From positions 101,459 through 165,458 of the forward strand of contig JABACB010000001.1 of assembly GCA_014237925.1 (NCBI GenBank): a stretch of DNA of 64,000 nucleotides. The letters run 5' to 3'. The number at the start of each line of letters is the position of its first letter. The first letter of the stretch is position 1. This document shows, piece by piece, positions 50,276 through 59,246 of the stretch. The DNA is from Alphaproteobacteria bacterium (lineage in GTDB: Bacteria; Pseudomonadota; Alphaproteobacteria; JABAAW01). The position numbers and the translations under genes are program-made. A model generated the notes under the pieces. That model ran no database searches. It saw only the letters and a list, made by a program, of their open reading frames with translations, and was not told the origin of the DNA.

Positions 50276-50382
50276 AGGGGCTATTATAACTCAGTTTGCA
50301 TCACTCGATTTGCATACCCAGTATTGCGTACCCAATTGGCATACCTCGATTTCCATACCTCGATTTTCGCAAGCTCGCGAGG

Positions 50383-50727
50383 ATGAGAGGGATGACCGAA
50401 AAGCGAGCTGCGACCACTAGCACGGTGACGCGAGATTCTTTGACGACAGTCGCGCAGGAGAAGCTTGGGTTCTCTCGCCGCGAGAGCAAGGTCTTGATCG
50501 ACGACATGCTCGACATCCTATCGAACTTTCTCGCAGCTCAGGGCGAGGCGAAGCTCTCCTCCTTCGGAAGGTTCCAAGTGCGTCACAAACGCGCGCGCGA
50601 GGGACGCAATCCGAAGACGGGCGAAAGCGTGCCGATCGCGCCGCGCAAGGTCGTCTCCTTTCGTCCCAGCCCCTCGTTACGCGCCAGAATCAGAGCTGCT
50701 ACGACCGACGCGATGCGCTCGCCGTAG
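50383..50727 (+). CDS. ihfA: Integration host factor subunit alpha
   Basis: VTRDSLTTVAQEKLGFSRRESKVLIDDMLD...LSSFGRFQVRHKRAREGRNPKTGESVPIAPRKVVSFRPS. The start was chosen at M30 (or M33, 50392) of the track ORF. Confidence 0.88.
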   Translation: MRGMTEKRAATTSTVTRDSLTTVAQEKLGFSRRESKVLIDDMLDILSNFLAAQGEAKLSSFGRFQVRHKRAREGRNPKTGESVPIAPRKVVSFRPSPSLRARIRAATTDAMRSP

Positions 50728-50754
50728 AAGCGACATTTCCCGAAGGAATATCGA

Positions 50755-51387
50755 ATGAAGACCGCCATGCACGAAAGCGACCCTCCCACAGAAGGCAGCA
50801 TCTATCGACCGATCGGCGAGGTTGCAGCCTTGTTGTGCTTAAAAACCCATGTGCTCCGCTTTTGGGAAACGAAGTTCAAGCAGATCGCTCCCCTCAAGCG
50901 CAGCGGCGGCAGACGCTACTATCGACGCGAGGACGTACGCCTGCTCTTCCAAATCCGAGACCTGCTCTATGTCGAAGGCTACACCCTTCGAGGCGCGCAA
51001 AAAGTGTTGCGCGCGCGAGCGCGACCACCAAACGCAGACAAAAAAACCGAGCAGCCCCAAAAGAACAATCAAGAGGAAAACCAAGGGGGAGACCAAGGGG
51101 GAGACCAAGGAAAAGACCAAGGGAGAGACGAAGAGAAAAACACTCCAACCGCGCAATTACAACCCATCAGCGATGCCGTGCGCGCCGATCTGCGACGCAT
51201 CACACAGAGACTGGAACAAACTCTGGCTACCTGCTCTCGAAAGGACGCCGAAGGAAAAACTCTCGACGAACACGAACAGGAAAACGAACAAGATGCCAGC
51301 GAACAAGAGGCAAGCGAACAAGCGACGGACAGAGAAACGACGCACGAACAAGCGACGGACAAAGACGCGAGCTCAGGAGAGCAGTAG
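50755..51387 (+). CDS. MerR-family regulator (the ihfA-linked alphaproteobacterial type) with a ~130-aa low-complexity tail
   Basis: HTH core [69 protein letters not shown]. The tail contains NQGGDQG and EQATD repeats. Confidence 0.8.
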   Translation: MKTAMHESDPPTEGSIYRPIGEVAALLCLKTHVLRFWETKFKQIAPLKRSGGRRYYRREDVRLLFQIRDLLYVEGYTLRGAQKVLRARARPPNADKKTEQPQKNNQEENQGGDQGGDQGKDQGRDEEKNTPTAQLQPISDAVRADLRRITQRLEQTLATCSRKDAEGKTLDEHEQENEQDASEQEASEQATDRETTHEQATDKDASSGEQ

Positions 51388-52209
51388 CACATCCCCCTCT
51401 CTAAGCGCGCGAAACTCTTCGACGCTGATACTGGTTGCGCCGCCGTCCAGCTTCCAAGTCGTGTAGAGATTGGGCGGATACCTTCTCCGTAGCCGCTTGA
51501 CGCGCAAAGCTCGACCGAAGGCTCGACCGAAAGCCTCCAAATCGCTCGCAGCCAAAAAGACATGCAGAAATACGGGCGCGCACGAAGGATCCTCCGCGCC
51601 TTCTTGCGCGACAGGCGTCGCCTCGATACGAAAGGCGACCTCGTCCTTGGCGCAGGTTTTCTTCTCTACACCCAGCCCACGCCCAACAAGGTTATGCTCG
51701 ACGAGCCGACACTCCACGAGAAAAAGCTCCTGCAACACAGGAGACAGCGCAAGCGAGAGCAACCCTAAAGCGACGGAGGCGGGCAGCTCTTCCAAACGGT
51801 AAGGCTCGCTCATCGTCTCCAGCTCGGCGCGCACGCTCGACGGCAGCTCGGTGCGACACAAGCAGGAAACGCCGCCAAGCGAGAGCAGCAGCGACCAACG
51901 ATATTGAGCGAGCGTGCGCTCGTCGCTATTGGCGACACTCTTGACACTACTATTGGTTGTATTTTTGGCAGTACTTTGGGCTGCAGGAAGGAGCTGTTGC
52001 GCACGGCAACGCCACGACCTTCCTGCTATCGTCACCTCCGCGCCGTTTGCAAGCGCGAGCAGACGAGAAACTTCCGCCGCCGCGACCGCTTGGGGAAGGG
52101 AGGGGGGCTGGTGTTGCTGCCACGCGCGACCGTTCGCAACGATGCGGGCATCGATGCCTGCGACCTCTTTAATTGTCTCCTGTTTGACGCGGGTCGTTTT
52201 CTTCGCCAT
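51373..52209 (-). CDS. sctQ: SctQ-like N-terminal part (HrcQa-like); ends just as a SpoA-like segment begins
   Basis: Sits directly after sctP, as in yscP-yscQ order. Has [29 protein letters not shown] (the SctQ N-terminal pattern). The C-terminus [19 protein letters not shown] resembles the first strand of a SpoA domain and is then followed by a stop. The start was chosen at M40 of the track ORF. Confidence 0.45.
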   Translation of the reverse strand: MAKKTTRVKQETIKEVAGIDARIVANGRAWQQHQPPSLPQAVAAAEVSRLLALANGAEVTIAGRSWRCRAQQLLPAAQSTAKNTTNSSVKSVANSDERTLAQYRWSLLLSLGGVSCLCRTELPSSVRAELETMSEPYRLEELPASVALGLLSLALSPVLQELFLVECRLVEHNLVGRGLGVEKKTCAKDEVAFRIEATPVAQEGAEDPSCAPVFLHVFLAASDLEAFGRAFGRALRVKRLRRRYPPNLYTTWKLDGGATSISVEEFRALREGDVLLLS

Positions 52210-52225
52210 GCGTTGCTTGCGTCTC

Positions 52226-53068
52226 TTAGAGAGACCCTTCTGACGGCGACCCTTCTTGCTGCTGGTCGGGCGCAGACTGGTCTTCGGTTGCAACAACGAT
52301 ATCGACACCGCTATGCCGCCGCACATGCGAGGTTAGCCCCGCTTCGTGCTCGCGCACTTTGGCGAGGCTCTTCTTGTTGTTGCCGGAGAAGGTGACATGC
52401 AACGCGCCTGCGACCATCGAGAAGGTGACCGAAGTGCCGGGCAACACATTGCCGCTGAGCTGCAAGCGCACGCTGCCGCCTTGTTGCAGGCTTTGGCTTG
52501 TGTGCATGACTCTGTCTGCAACGGTTTGAAACTCCTCCAGCAAACGGTTGGAGGAGTCTACGGGTGCGCTCGCTTGTTGCGTCTGTTGTGCTGCGGGGCT
52601 TGTTGTCGATTGGGGTTGCAGGCCTTGCAGGATGGCATCGGCTTTGTCTGAGGATGCCTTGCTTTGCTCTTCCGAAGAATGCTTTGCAACCTCCTCGTCA
52701 AGACTTTGCGAGGGCGGGTGATCGCTTGCTTTCTGCGCCTTCTCGGCGGCTTGTCGCACGATGTTGCTGAGATGTTGCTGCTTCTCATCTGCTTTGGCGG
52801 ATGCTTTGGCGGATGCCTCGGTCGATTCCTTGCTTGATGCCCTAGATGATTCCTTGGATAATTCCTTGGACGATTCCTTGGACGCTTCCTTGGACGATTC
52901 CTTGGCAGAAGATTTTTCGTCGCGCTCTTTCTTCAGCTTTTGCGCAAAACGCCGTTGCGCCTCTTGTGGAGCTTCTTGTGGAGCCTTTTGGGAAGATTGT
53001 TCTTGCGACACGGATTGTTCTTGTTGCGTCTGTTGCGATGCTGCTGGCGTGCGTGAAATGTCGCTCAT
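52226..53068 (-). CDS. sctP: SctP-like needle-length / substrate-switch protein (T3S4-type C-domain)
   Basis: Disordered Q/S/K/E-rich N-terminal 180 aa, then GGSVRLQLSGNVLPGTSVTFSMVAGALHVTFSG..., which resembles the FliK/YscP T3S4 domain. Its position between sctD and sctQ also fits. Confidence 0.45.
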   Translation of the reverse strand: MSDISRTPAASQQTQQEQSVSQEQSSQKAPQEAPQEAQRRFAQKLKKERDEKSSAKESSKEASKESSKELSKESSRASSKESTEASAKASAKADEKQQHLSNIVRQAAEKAQKASDHPPSQSLDEEVAKHSSEEQSKASSDKADAILQGLQPQSTTSPAAQQTQQASAPVDSSNRLLEEFQTVADRVMHTSQSLQQGGSVRLQLSGNVLPGTSVTFSMVAGALHVTFSGNNKKSLAKVREHEAGLTSHVRRHSGVDIVVATEDQSAPDQQQEGSPSEGSL

Positions 53069-54777
53069 GGCACTTCCTCTTGGTCGGTCTTGTTCTGGTC
53101 GGTCTTGTTCTGGTCGGTCTTGTTCTGGTCGGTTTTGTTCTTGTCGTTTGGCTTCTCGGCATTCTTGCTATCGACGCTCTCGCTTTTTTCCGCCTTCGCC
53201 GTTTCTGTTGCATCCTGTTCAAGCGCAGGCAGCGCGGGGGTTGCTATCGGCAGCCCTACGGTTTGATCTGCATAGGAGAGGAGGATGCCGTTGTGGGCAA
53301 TCGCGACGATCGTCTTGTCGTCGTCGATTCTCTCGCCGATGCGGTAGCGCTTGGACCTGCCCTCCTTGCTTAACCTGAGATCGACGGCGCGCTGCCTGCC
53401 CAAAAGCAGGGCGGTGATCGAGGCTTGCAGGGGGGGAACAAGCGTCAGGCGATCTGTGGTGAGCGGGTGGTATGGCAACGAGCGGTAGTGATGCTCCAAC
53501 AGCGTGCGCAACTCGTCGTGGAAGCTGGCGAAAACAGCCCCTTGCAACAACAGCCGTCCCTCTTCCAGCTCCAGCGCCACGCCGCCGAACGCGGCGTTGT
53601 GCGCAAGAAGACGGCGCAGACCGGACAAGATCGCCGTGCTGGTCGTGATGTCCGTCTCGATCTCCGTGATGTAGGGCAGGTCGCTGGCGAGCGCGTCTCG
53701 AAACTCCTCCAGCTGACGTTCACGATCGATGAAGCCCTCCAGACGCAAGCGAAAGAGCTGCGTCCAAGGATATTTCGTAGGATATTTCGCAGAATCTTTC
53801 GCAGAATCTTTTGTAGATTCTTGTGAGGTAGCCAACGCCTTGCCCTTCTCGCCCTCGTCCTTTTTGGCATTGTCCCCCTCGATTGCAAACAGGTGGAACT
53901 TGGCGAAAAGCCCGTATTGTCGCGCGATCACCTCCAAAGCTGCGCGCAGCTGTTCTTTGCTGACAACGCGGATTTGCAACCCCGATTCGAAGGCGATCCC
54001 TCGCAGTCGCACCAGTTCTTTTTCCGTCTCCACATAGCCCGTCAGCACGATCTCGCCTTCCTGTCCTTGAGTGATGCGGACGGTGCGTTCGCCGACCGGC
54101 TTGGCTTCGAGCTCTTTTTCCAAGCTCGCCTCTACCCGTTGCATGCGCTCGGCTTGGCGGCGCGCGGGATCGAGCCATAGCAATGTTGCGACGACGACGG
54201 CGATCGAGACACTTGCCACAGCTCCGAGCGCGAGCGAGCTCCGCACCAGTATCTTTCTTTTCTTCGGACTGAGCCTGGAAAGCGCGCCGAGTTTTTTCTT
54301 CGCCTGTCGAACCTTCGGATCGACGCTTCCGCTCCCTGCCGACAGCAACGCTACGATGCGTTCGCGCTCGGGCCAGGAACGCAGCGCGGGCAGATTGCTG
54401 TCGCTCGATTTTTCGGCGGCTGCGTCCGCGACGCTTGCCTCCGCGACGCTTGCGTCCGAGACGCTTGCGTCCGCGCCGTAGGCGAGGCTGATGTTGTCTT
54501 CCTCGTCCGAACCCGCGAGCGTCATGATTTGGAACGGAGCGACATCGATAGGGAAGGTATCGACCACTTTGCCGTCGATGCGCAACCCTCCCGGGGCTTG
54601 CAAGACCGAGAGCTCGCCGTCGGCGAAGAAGAAGGAGAGGTGATGCTCGGCGATCGCATCGTCGGAGAGGATGAGCGCGTTGTCCTCGCTGCTGCCGAGC
54701 GAGTAGCGGCGTGGTGTTAGCGGCAGCTCGGCACCCTCGTGCCTGCCGCTGAGAATGCGCAGGCGGTAAGCCGTCAT
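53065..54777 (-). CDS. sctD: SctD inner-membrane ring protein (YscD/EscD-type, with a cytoplasmic FHA-like domain)
   Basis: The N-terminus LRILSGRHEGAELPL..RRYSLGSSEDNALILSDDAIAEHHLSF parallels the YscD FHA-like domain. It has a single TM (LALGAVASVSIAVVVATLLWL) and a ~330-aa periplasmic part. The NKTDQ x4 tail comes from a 15-nt array at 53080-53139. Confidence 0.65.
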   Translation of the reverse strand: MTAYRLRILSGRHEGAELPLTPRRYSLGSSEDNALILSDDAIAEHHLSFFFADGELSVLQAPGGLRIDGKVVDTFPIDVAPFQIMTLAGSDEEDNISLAYGADASVSDASVAEASVADAAAEKSSDSNLPALRSWPERERIVALLSAGSGSVDPKVRQAKKKLGALSRLSPKKRKILVRSSLALGAVASVSIAVVVATLLWLDPARRQAERMQRVEASLEKELEAKPVGERTVRITQGQEGEIVLTGYVETEKELVRLRGIAFESGLQIRVVSKEQLRAALEVIARQYGLFAKFHLFAIEGDNAKKDEGEKGKALATSQESTKDSAKDSAKYPTKYPWTQLFRLRLEGFIDRERQLEEFRDALASDLPYITEIETDITTSTAILSGLRRLLAHNAAFGGVALELEEGRLLLQGAVFASFHDELRTLLEHHYRSLPYHPLTTDRLTLVPPLQASITALLLGRQRAVDLRLSKEGRSKRYRIGERIDDDKTIVAIAHNGILLSYADQTVGLPIATPALPALEQDATETAKAEKSESVDSKNAEKPNDKNKTDQNKTDQNKTDQNKTDQEEVP

Positions 54778-55241
54778 CTTGTCGCCTCGACGCCGAGCGG
54801 ATTGTCCGCGAGGAACCTGTCGAGCGCCGCCACTGCTTCAAGGGTTTCGTCGAAAGGCGAGCAAGCGCAGAAGTTGACAACAAGCCTGCCGTTCGGCGTC
54901 GCAGAAGCGTAGAGCGGCAACGACAAACCCTCCTCTCCCCCCTCTCTATTGGATTTGCGGGCGCGGACGTACTCGTCCAGCTTTCGCGCTTGCATCAACA
55001 GCTCCGCCGTATCGCGTGTAGCCTCCTCGCAAACCAGGCGCATCAGGGTTGCCTCGCCCCCTTCCCCCGCCCCGCGCCCCGCCTCGCGCCCCGCCCCGCG
55101 CCCCCCCATCGCCTCGCCTCTTGCCTCCTCCTCGTGCAAGACGAGGCTGCCGTGCGGCGGAAGATGAAATCCCATAGCACCCTCCGTATCCTCGGTGGGG
55201 CTTCCCTTCAACGCCTCCAGCCATCGTTCCCTGTCGATCAC
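54774..55241 (-). CDS. Acidic hypothetical protein embedded in the T3SS operon (possibly a gatekeeper chaperone or TyeA-like partner; unassigned)
   Basis: Has 4-nt ATGA overlaps with both sctW and sctD. No motif was recognised. Confidence 0.35.
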   Translation of the reverse strand: MIDRERWLEALKGSPTEDTEGAMGFHLPPHGSLVLHEEEARGEAMGGRGAGREAGRGAGEGGEATLMRLVCEEATRDTAELLMQARKLDEYVRARKSNREGGEEGLSLPLYASATPNGRLVVNFCACSPFDETLEAVAALDRFLADNPLGVEATR

Positions 55242-56467
55242 AGCACAGCCTCCCTTTCTTGCGCCACCAGACGATCGAGGCGTGTCTCCAACGGCAAGAG
55301 CGCGCGTTGCTTCTCGGTGCGACCGACAAAGGCATAGTCCGGCAAACCCTTGAAAATCTTGTGCAAACCTTGAAAATGTCGCACAAGCCCTGAGGGCTGC
55401 TCGCTGTAAGCACGGCTTGCCGGCGCGTCGAGACGCTCGGCAAAACGTTGCGGCGCCACCGCGCTGTGAAAAACCCCCTTCACCAAAGACTCGTCGCTCA
55501 GGGTTGCAATCCCTGAACGCGGCGGAGCGGGCTTTGTCGCTGTCTTCTCCGCAACCCTTGTTGCGGTCTTCTCTTGTGTCCCCTGTTCCTGCGTCGCCTT
55601 TTCCTCCCCCTTCTCTATCTGTTCGCTCCGCGCCATCGCTTCGCGGTGAAGGGCTACCTGCTCTTTGACGGTGGCGAGAACCTGCAAGCCCTTCAGCTCC
55701 GCCAAGACATGCAACAGCTGCTCGGGCGAGACCGAAGGCTCCAGCAAGGCGATCTCTTTGCCCGCGCTTTGACGAATGAACGCTGCACCCGCTTCGCTCT
55801 TCTCCAGTCCCAGCGTCTCGGTCAGTCCGAGCGCGGCGGGCAGAATACCGCTGTAGTCGGCGACATTGGAACGGTAAGTCTCTAGCACTTTCTCGGCTTG
55901 CACATCGTGCTCTGCGGCGAAAGCCCGTATCTCCGCGCCAAGGTTGATCGCAACGCGGATGTGCGACGAGAAGGCGAGCGCACAGCGTTCCGCCATCGCG
56001 GCGTAGCGTTCTGCCGATACCTTGTCACCGCGCACCGCGCTTTTTTGACGCAAGCCCTCCAAAGCTGCAAGAAGCGCAGCCTTGTCGCCCGCGAGCTCTC
56101 TCAGCTGCTGCCATGCAAACTCGCTGTCCTCGTGCTTCGAGAGCGACGGCATCTTCTGTTCGATCTTGTGCTCTAGCGGTTCGCGTATCTTGTCGTCGAC
56201 GACATGTCCCTTTTGAATTTTCTCCACAAATTCTTTCAACAACTTTTTGCTACGCTCCTGCGCCTTTTCTTGCTCGGCGTTGCGCTTCTCCAGCCGCTCG
56301 CCGAAGGCAAACGATATCTCCTCTTGCATGTCCTGCAGTGCTGCGTTCGGATGCGCAAGCACGGCGATCCTGTTCGTCTGCGCGCTCGCGCGTACAGCCT
56401 CGTGCCTTGCCACCTGCGCAGGGGGAAGGAGGGAAGAGCGTGTGATCGAAGTTTCGCTCATGCTCAC
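55238..56467 (-). CDS. sctW: SctW gatekeeper (YopN/InvE/MxiC/HrpJ family)
   Basis: QEEISFAFGERLEKRNAEQEK parallels the conserved AEELTFVFSERKE segment of YopN/InvE. Size (~400 aa) and adjacency to sctV fit the family. Confidence 0.6.
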   Translation of the reverse strand: MSMSETSITRSSLLPPAQVARHEAVRASAQTNRIAVLAHPNAALQDMQEEISFAFGERLEKRNAEQEKAQERSKKLLKEFVEKIQKGHVVDDKIREPLEHKIEQKMPSLSKHEDSEFAWQQLRELAGDKAALLAALEGLRQKSAVRGDKVSAERYAAMAERCALAFSSHIRVAINLGAEIRAFAAEHDVQAEKVLETYRSNVADYSGILPAALGLTETLGLEKSEAGAAFIRQSAGKEIALLEPSVSPEQLLHVLAELKGLQVLATVKEQVALHREAMARSEQIEKGEEKATQEQGTQEKTATRVAEKTATKPAPPRSGIATLSDESLVKGVFHSAVAPQRFAERLDAPASRAYSEQPSGLVRHFQGLHKIFKGLPDYAFVGRTEKQRALLPLETRLDRLVAQEREAVL

Positions 56468-58584
56468 ATGCCGATGCGTCCCAAGGGCTGTAGCGCGATC
56501 TCAGGCACGATCTCCTGATACGACAGCACGGGCAACTCGGGCAGCTCCGATTCGATCAGACGGCGCACATAGCGTCGAATGTCGAGCGCGGTCACCAAAA
56601 CGGGATTCGTTTCAACTTCGCCTTCCTGCTGCGTGCGCTCGCGGATGTTGCTGACGATGCGTTTCGCCGCCTCGGGCTCGAGCGAGATGTAGCTTGCAAC
56701 CGAGGTTTGGCGGATGGCGTTGCGAATCTTGTCTTCAACCTCGTTGGCGAGCAGGAAGGCGGGCAACAGGTTGAAGCCGCCTGAATACTGAAAGCTGATT
56801 TGACGCGACAAGCTCGAGCGAATCTGCTCGACAAGCATAACAGGATCCTTCTCCTTGCTTCCCCACTCGACGATCGCAGAGAGGACGGCGCGCAAGTCGC
56901 GGATCGAAACATATTCCTGCACAAGCCTGCGCAGCACCTCCGTCATCGTTTGAATCGGCAAGACGCGCTGAACCTCCTTGACGAGATCGGGAAAACTCTC
57001 CTCCATGTGCGCGAGCATGTGTCGCACCTCCTGAATGCCGACGAATTGTCCAATGTAGCGCGACACAACCGCTTCGCAGTGGTAGGCAACGGCGGAGACG
57101 GGTTTCTTGTAGGGAATGTTCGCTTCCGAAAGCCGTCGCTCGTGCTCTTGCGCCACCCACAGCGTTTCTTGGCGCGGGATGAAATCGGGACCCCTCTCGT
57201 ACGGTACGGCGAAAGTCGAGAGCGTCTCACCGCTCGTGAAGGCAAACAGGCTGCTGCCGTTCAGTTTGCCTTCGCTCGTAGGAATCTCGCCTACGAAGAG
57301 ACGATAGCGTTCTTCCGCAAGAACGCTGTTGATACGCACCGCCACCTCAGGCAACGCGACGCCCAGCCGATAGTAGAGCGAGAGGCGCAAGCCGTTGACG
57401 GTGTTCTCGATGGCGGGAAGCTCGTCGAGCTCCAACACCTGCGGCGGCAGCTCCAGCAACAAAGGCACGGTCGGATAGAAGATGTCGCGCGCGCGTTTCG
57501 CCACAGCCTCTGCATCGCCGCCGTTTGCCGTCGCTTCGGCGGGGGTTGTCAGATGCGTCGTTGTCTGTGCCACGCTCTTGTGCGACCGCTTGCGCATCGC
57601 GTAGAGCATCGCAAAGGCGGGCGAGGTCAGGATGAGCGCCATCGTCAAAAAAACCGCCCACGGGAAGCCCGGAATCAACGCAAAAACAAAAAGCATGCTG
57701 CCCGCGATAATCAGCGCTTTCGGCTGTCTGCCGATTTGCTCTCCGATATCGCGTCCCAAGTTCGCTTTTTGGCTGTCGTCGGTGACCCGCGTGACCATGA
57801 TGCCGGCGGTGATCGAGATGAACAGGGCGGGGATCTGTCCGATCAATCCGTCGCCGATCGTCAGAATCGAGTAGAGATGAATCGCCTCTGAGAAAGACAG
57901 CCCGCGCTGAAGCGTGCCGATCGCAAGCCCTCCCAGCAGGTTGACGAACACGATGATTAGCGAGGCGATCGCATCTCCCTTGACGAACTTCATTGCTCCG
58001 TCCATCGAGCCGTAGAGCTTGCTCTCGCGTTGAATGTTGTTGCGTTGCGTCTTCGCCTCCTCCACGCTCAGCGAACCTGCACGCACATCCGCATCGATGC
58101 TCAACTGCTTGCCGGGCATGGCGTCCAGCGAGAAACGTGCGCTCACCTCCGCCACGCGCTCCGCTCCTTTTGTGATGACGATGAACTGCACGACCGTCAG
58201 AATCAGAAAGATCACCAGCCCGACGACAAGATTGCCTCCGACCACAAATTGTCCGAAGGTTTGAATGATTTCACCCGCATCGGCTTGCAGCAGAATCAAC
58301 CTTGTCGTGCTAATCGAAAGGGCGAGGCGGAAAAGCGTTGTGATCAGCAGCACGGCGGGAAAGGCGGCGAAATCCAAGGGGGCCGCCAAATACACCGCGA
58401 CCATGAGCAAAATGACGGCGATCGAGATGTTGAGCGCGATCAGAATATCGATCACGAGCGTAGGCAGGGGAATCACCAGCATGAAGATCACCGAGACCAC
58501 GAACACCGCCAGGATGATGTCCTGTCGCCCGGAGAATATTGCTGAGATGCGATTCAAAAAGGACATGGTCGTCTTTTGCGTCAT
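56464..58584 (-). CDS. sctV: SctV export-gate protein (LcrD/InvA/HrcV family)
   Basis: TTRLILLQADAGEIIQTFGQFVVGGNLVVGLVIFLILTVVQFIVITKGAERVAEVSARFSLDAMPGKQLSIDADVRAG ... ESKLYGSMDGAMKFVKGDAIA, followed by a ~350-aa cytoplasmic domain. Confidence 0.93.
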   Translation of the reverse strand: MTQKTTMSFLNRISAIFSGRQDIILAVFVVSVIFMLVIPLPTLVIDILIALNISIAVILLMVAVYLAAPLDFAAFPAVLLITTLFRLALSISTTRLILLQADAGEIIQTFGQFVVGGNLVVGLVIFLILTVVQFIVITKGAERVAEVSARFSLDAMPGKQLSIDADVRAGSLSVEEAKTQRNNIQRESKLYGSMDGAMKFVKGDAIASLIIVFVNLLGGLAIGTLQRGLSFSEAIHLYSILTIGDGLIGQIPALFISITAGIMVTRVTDDSQKANLGRDIGEQIGRQPKALIIAGSMLFVFALIPGFPWAVFLTMALILTSPAFAMLYAMRKRSHKSVAQTTTHLTTPAEATANGGDAEAVAKRARDIFYPTVPLLLELPPQVLELDELPAIENTVNGLRLSLYYRLGVALPEVAVRINSVLAEERYRLFVGEIPTSEGKLNGSSLFAFTSGETLSTFAVPYERGPDFIPRQETLWVAQEHERRLSEANIPYKKPVSAVAYHCEAVVSRYIGQFVGIQEVRHMLAHMEESFPDLVKEVQRVLPIQTMTEVLRRLVQEYVSIRDLRAVLSAIVEWGSKEKDPVMLVEQIRSSLSRQISFQYSGGFNLLPAFLLANEVEDKIRNAIRQTSVASYISLEPEAAKRIVSNIRERTQQEGEVETNPVLVTALDIRRYVRRLIESELPELPVLSYQEIVPEIALQPLGRIGM

Positions 58585-58751
58585 CTCTTGCGTCGTCTTT
58601 TGCCGAAAGACTTGGCAAAAAAATAGTAGAATGTTATCTTGGTAATTCTTATGATTTTATAGATTAAATTATTGTTTTTCAACAAAAATTGACTAGACTC
58701 GTCAAGGCAGGTCATCGAGGCATGCGCAAACCCCTTTGAGAGCAATGTTCC
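58585..58751. promoter_or_regulatory. Divergent T3SS control region: strongly A/T-rich core plus the inverted repeat TTTTGCC-N9-GGCAAAA (58598-58620)
   Basis: Lies between the sctV start and the SpoA-sctR-sctS start. The ~85-nt A/T-rich stretch (aaaaaaatagtagaatgttatcttggtaattcttatgattttatagattaaattattgttttt) contrasts with the GC-rich flanks. Confidence 0.45.
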
Positions 58752-59195
58752 ATGAGCAACGAGACAGCCACCGAAACAGCATTGGACAGCGACGCGCCTG
58801 CCTTCGAGCCGACAGCCGAGCGACACTCCGAAGAAGACGACACCATCTCCGATGCACCAGAGGGAGCCGCGTCCGACGCCGCTTCTTTTGATACGGGGGT
58901 TGTCGCAAGAGCTGTTGCGCCGTCGCCCGATGCTGTGCCTGCAGCCTCCCCCCCTCTTTCGCCCGTCGAGAGCATGGAGGTTCGCATCGACTTCGAGGTC
59001 GGACGCGTGACGCTGCCCGTCTCGAAGCTTGCCAATGTGGCTACGGGCTCCGTGATCGAGATGCCCGGCGTGGCGCTCGACCGCGTGGTCGCCAAGAGCG
59101 GCGGACACGCCTTTGCTTTCGGAGAATTCGTCGAGCTGGGCGGTCGCGTTGGCTTCCGCATTTTGAAGCTCGCAGAGCCGAAGGAGAAGTGCTGA
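58752..59195 (+). CDS. sctQ: SpoA-domain protein (SctQ C-terminal / HrcQb-like) with a disordered acidic N-terminus
   Basis: MEVRIDFEVGRVTLPVSKLANVATGSVIEMPGVALDRVVAKSGGHAFAFGEFVELGGRVGFRILKL fits the SpoA pattern. It lies immediately upstream of sctR, as sctQ normally does. Confidence 0.7.
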   Translation: MSNETATETALDSDAPAFEPTAERHSEEDDTISDAPEGAASDAASFDTGVVARAVAPSPDAVPAASPPLSPVESMEVRIDFEVGRVTLPVSKLANVATGSVIEMPGVALDRVVAKSGGHAFAFGEFVELGGRVGFRILKLAEPKEKC

Positions 59196-59246
59196 CGCAA
59201 GCCTCACAGGCTTTCGTCCGTCAAGCAGGCGAAGCGCGTCCAGAGA

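Noticed and set aside
58590-58616. Resemblance of gcGTCgtCTTttgcCGAAAGact to the rhizobial tts box (TtsI-dependent T3SS promoter element, consensus recalled as tcGTCAGcTTnTCGaaAGCt).
   Set aside because: A match is obtained only with a 2-nt gap and several mismatches. The consensus is quoted from memory, and no ttsI-like gene is in the window. It is not convincing without a position-weight-matrix scan.
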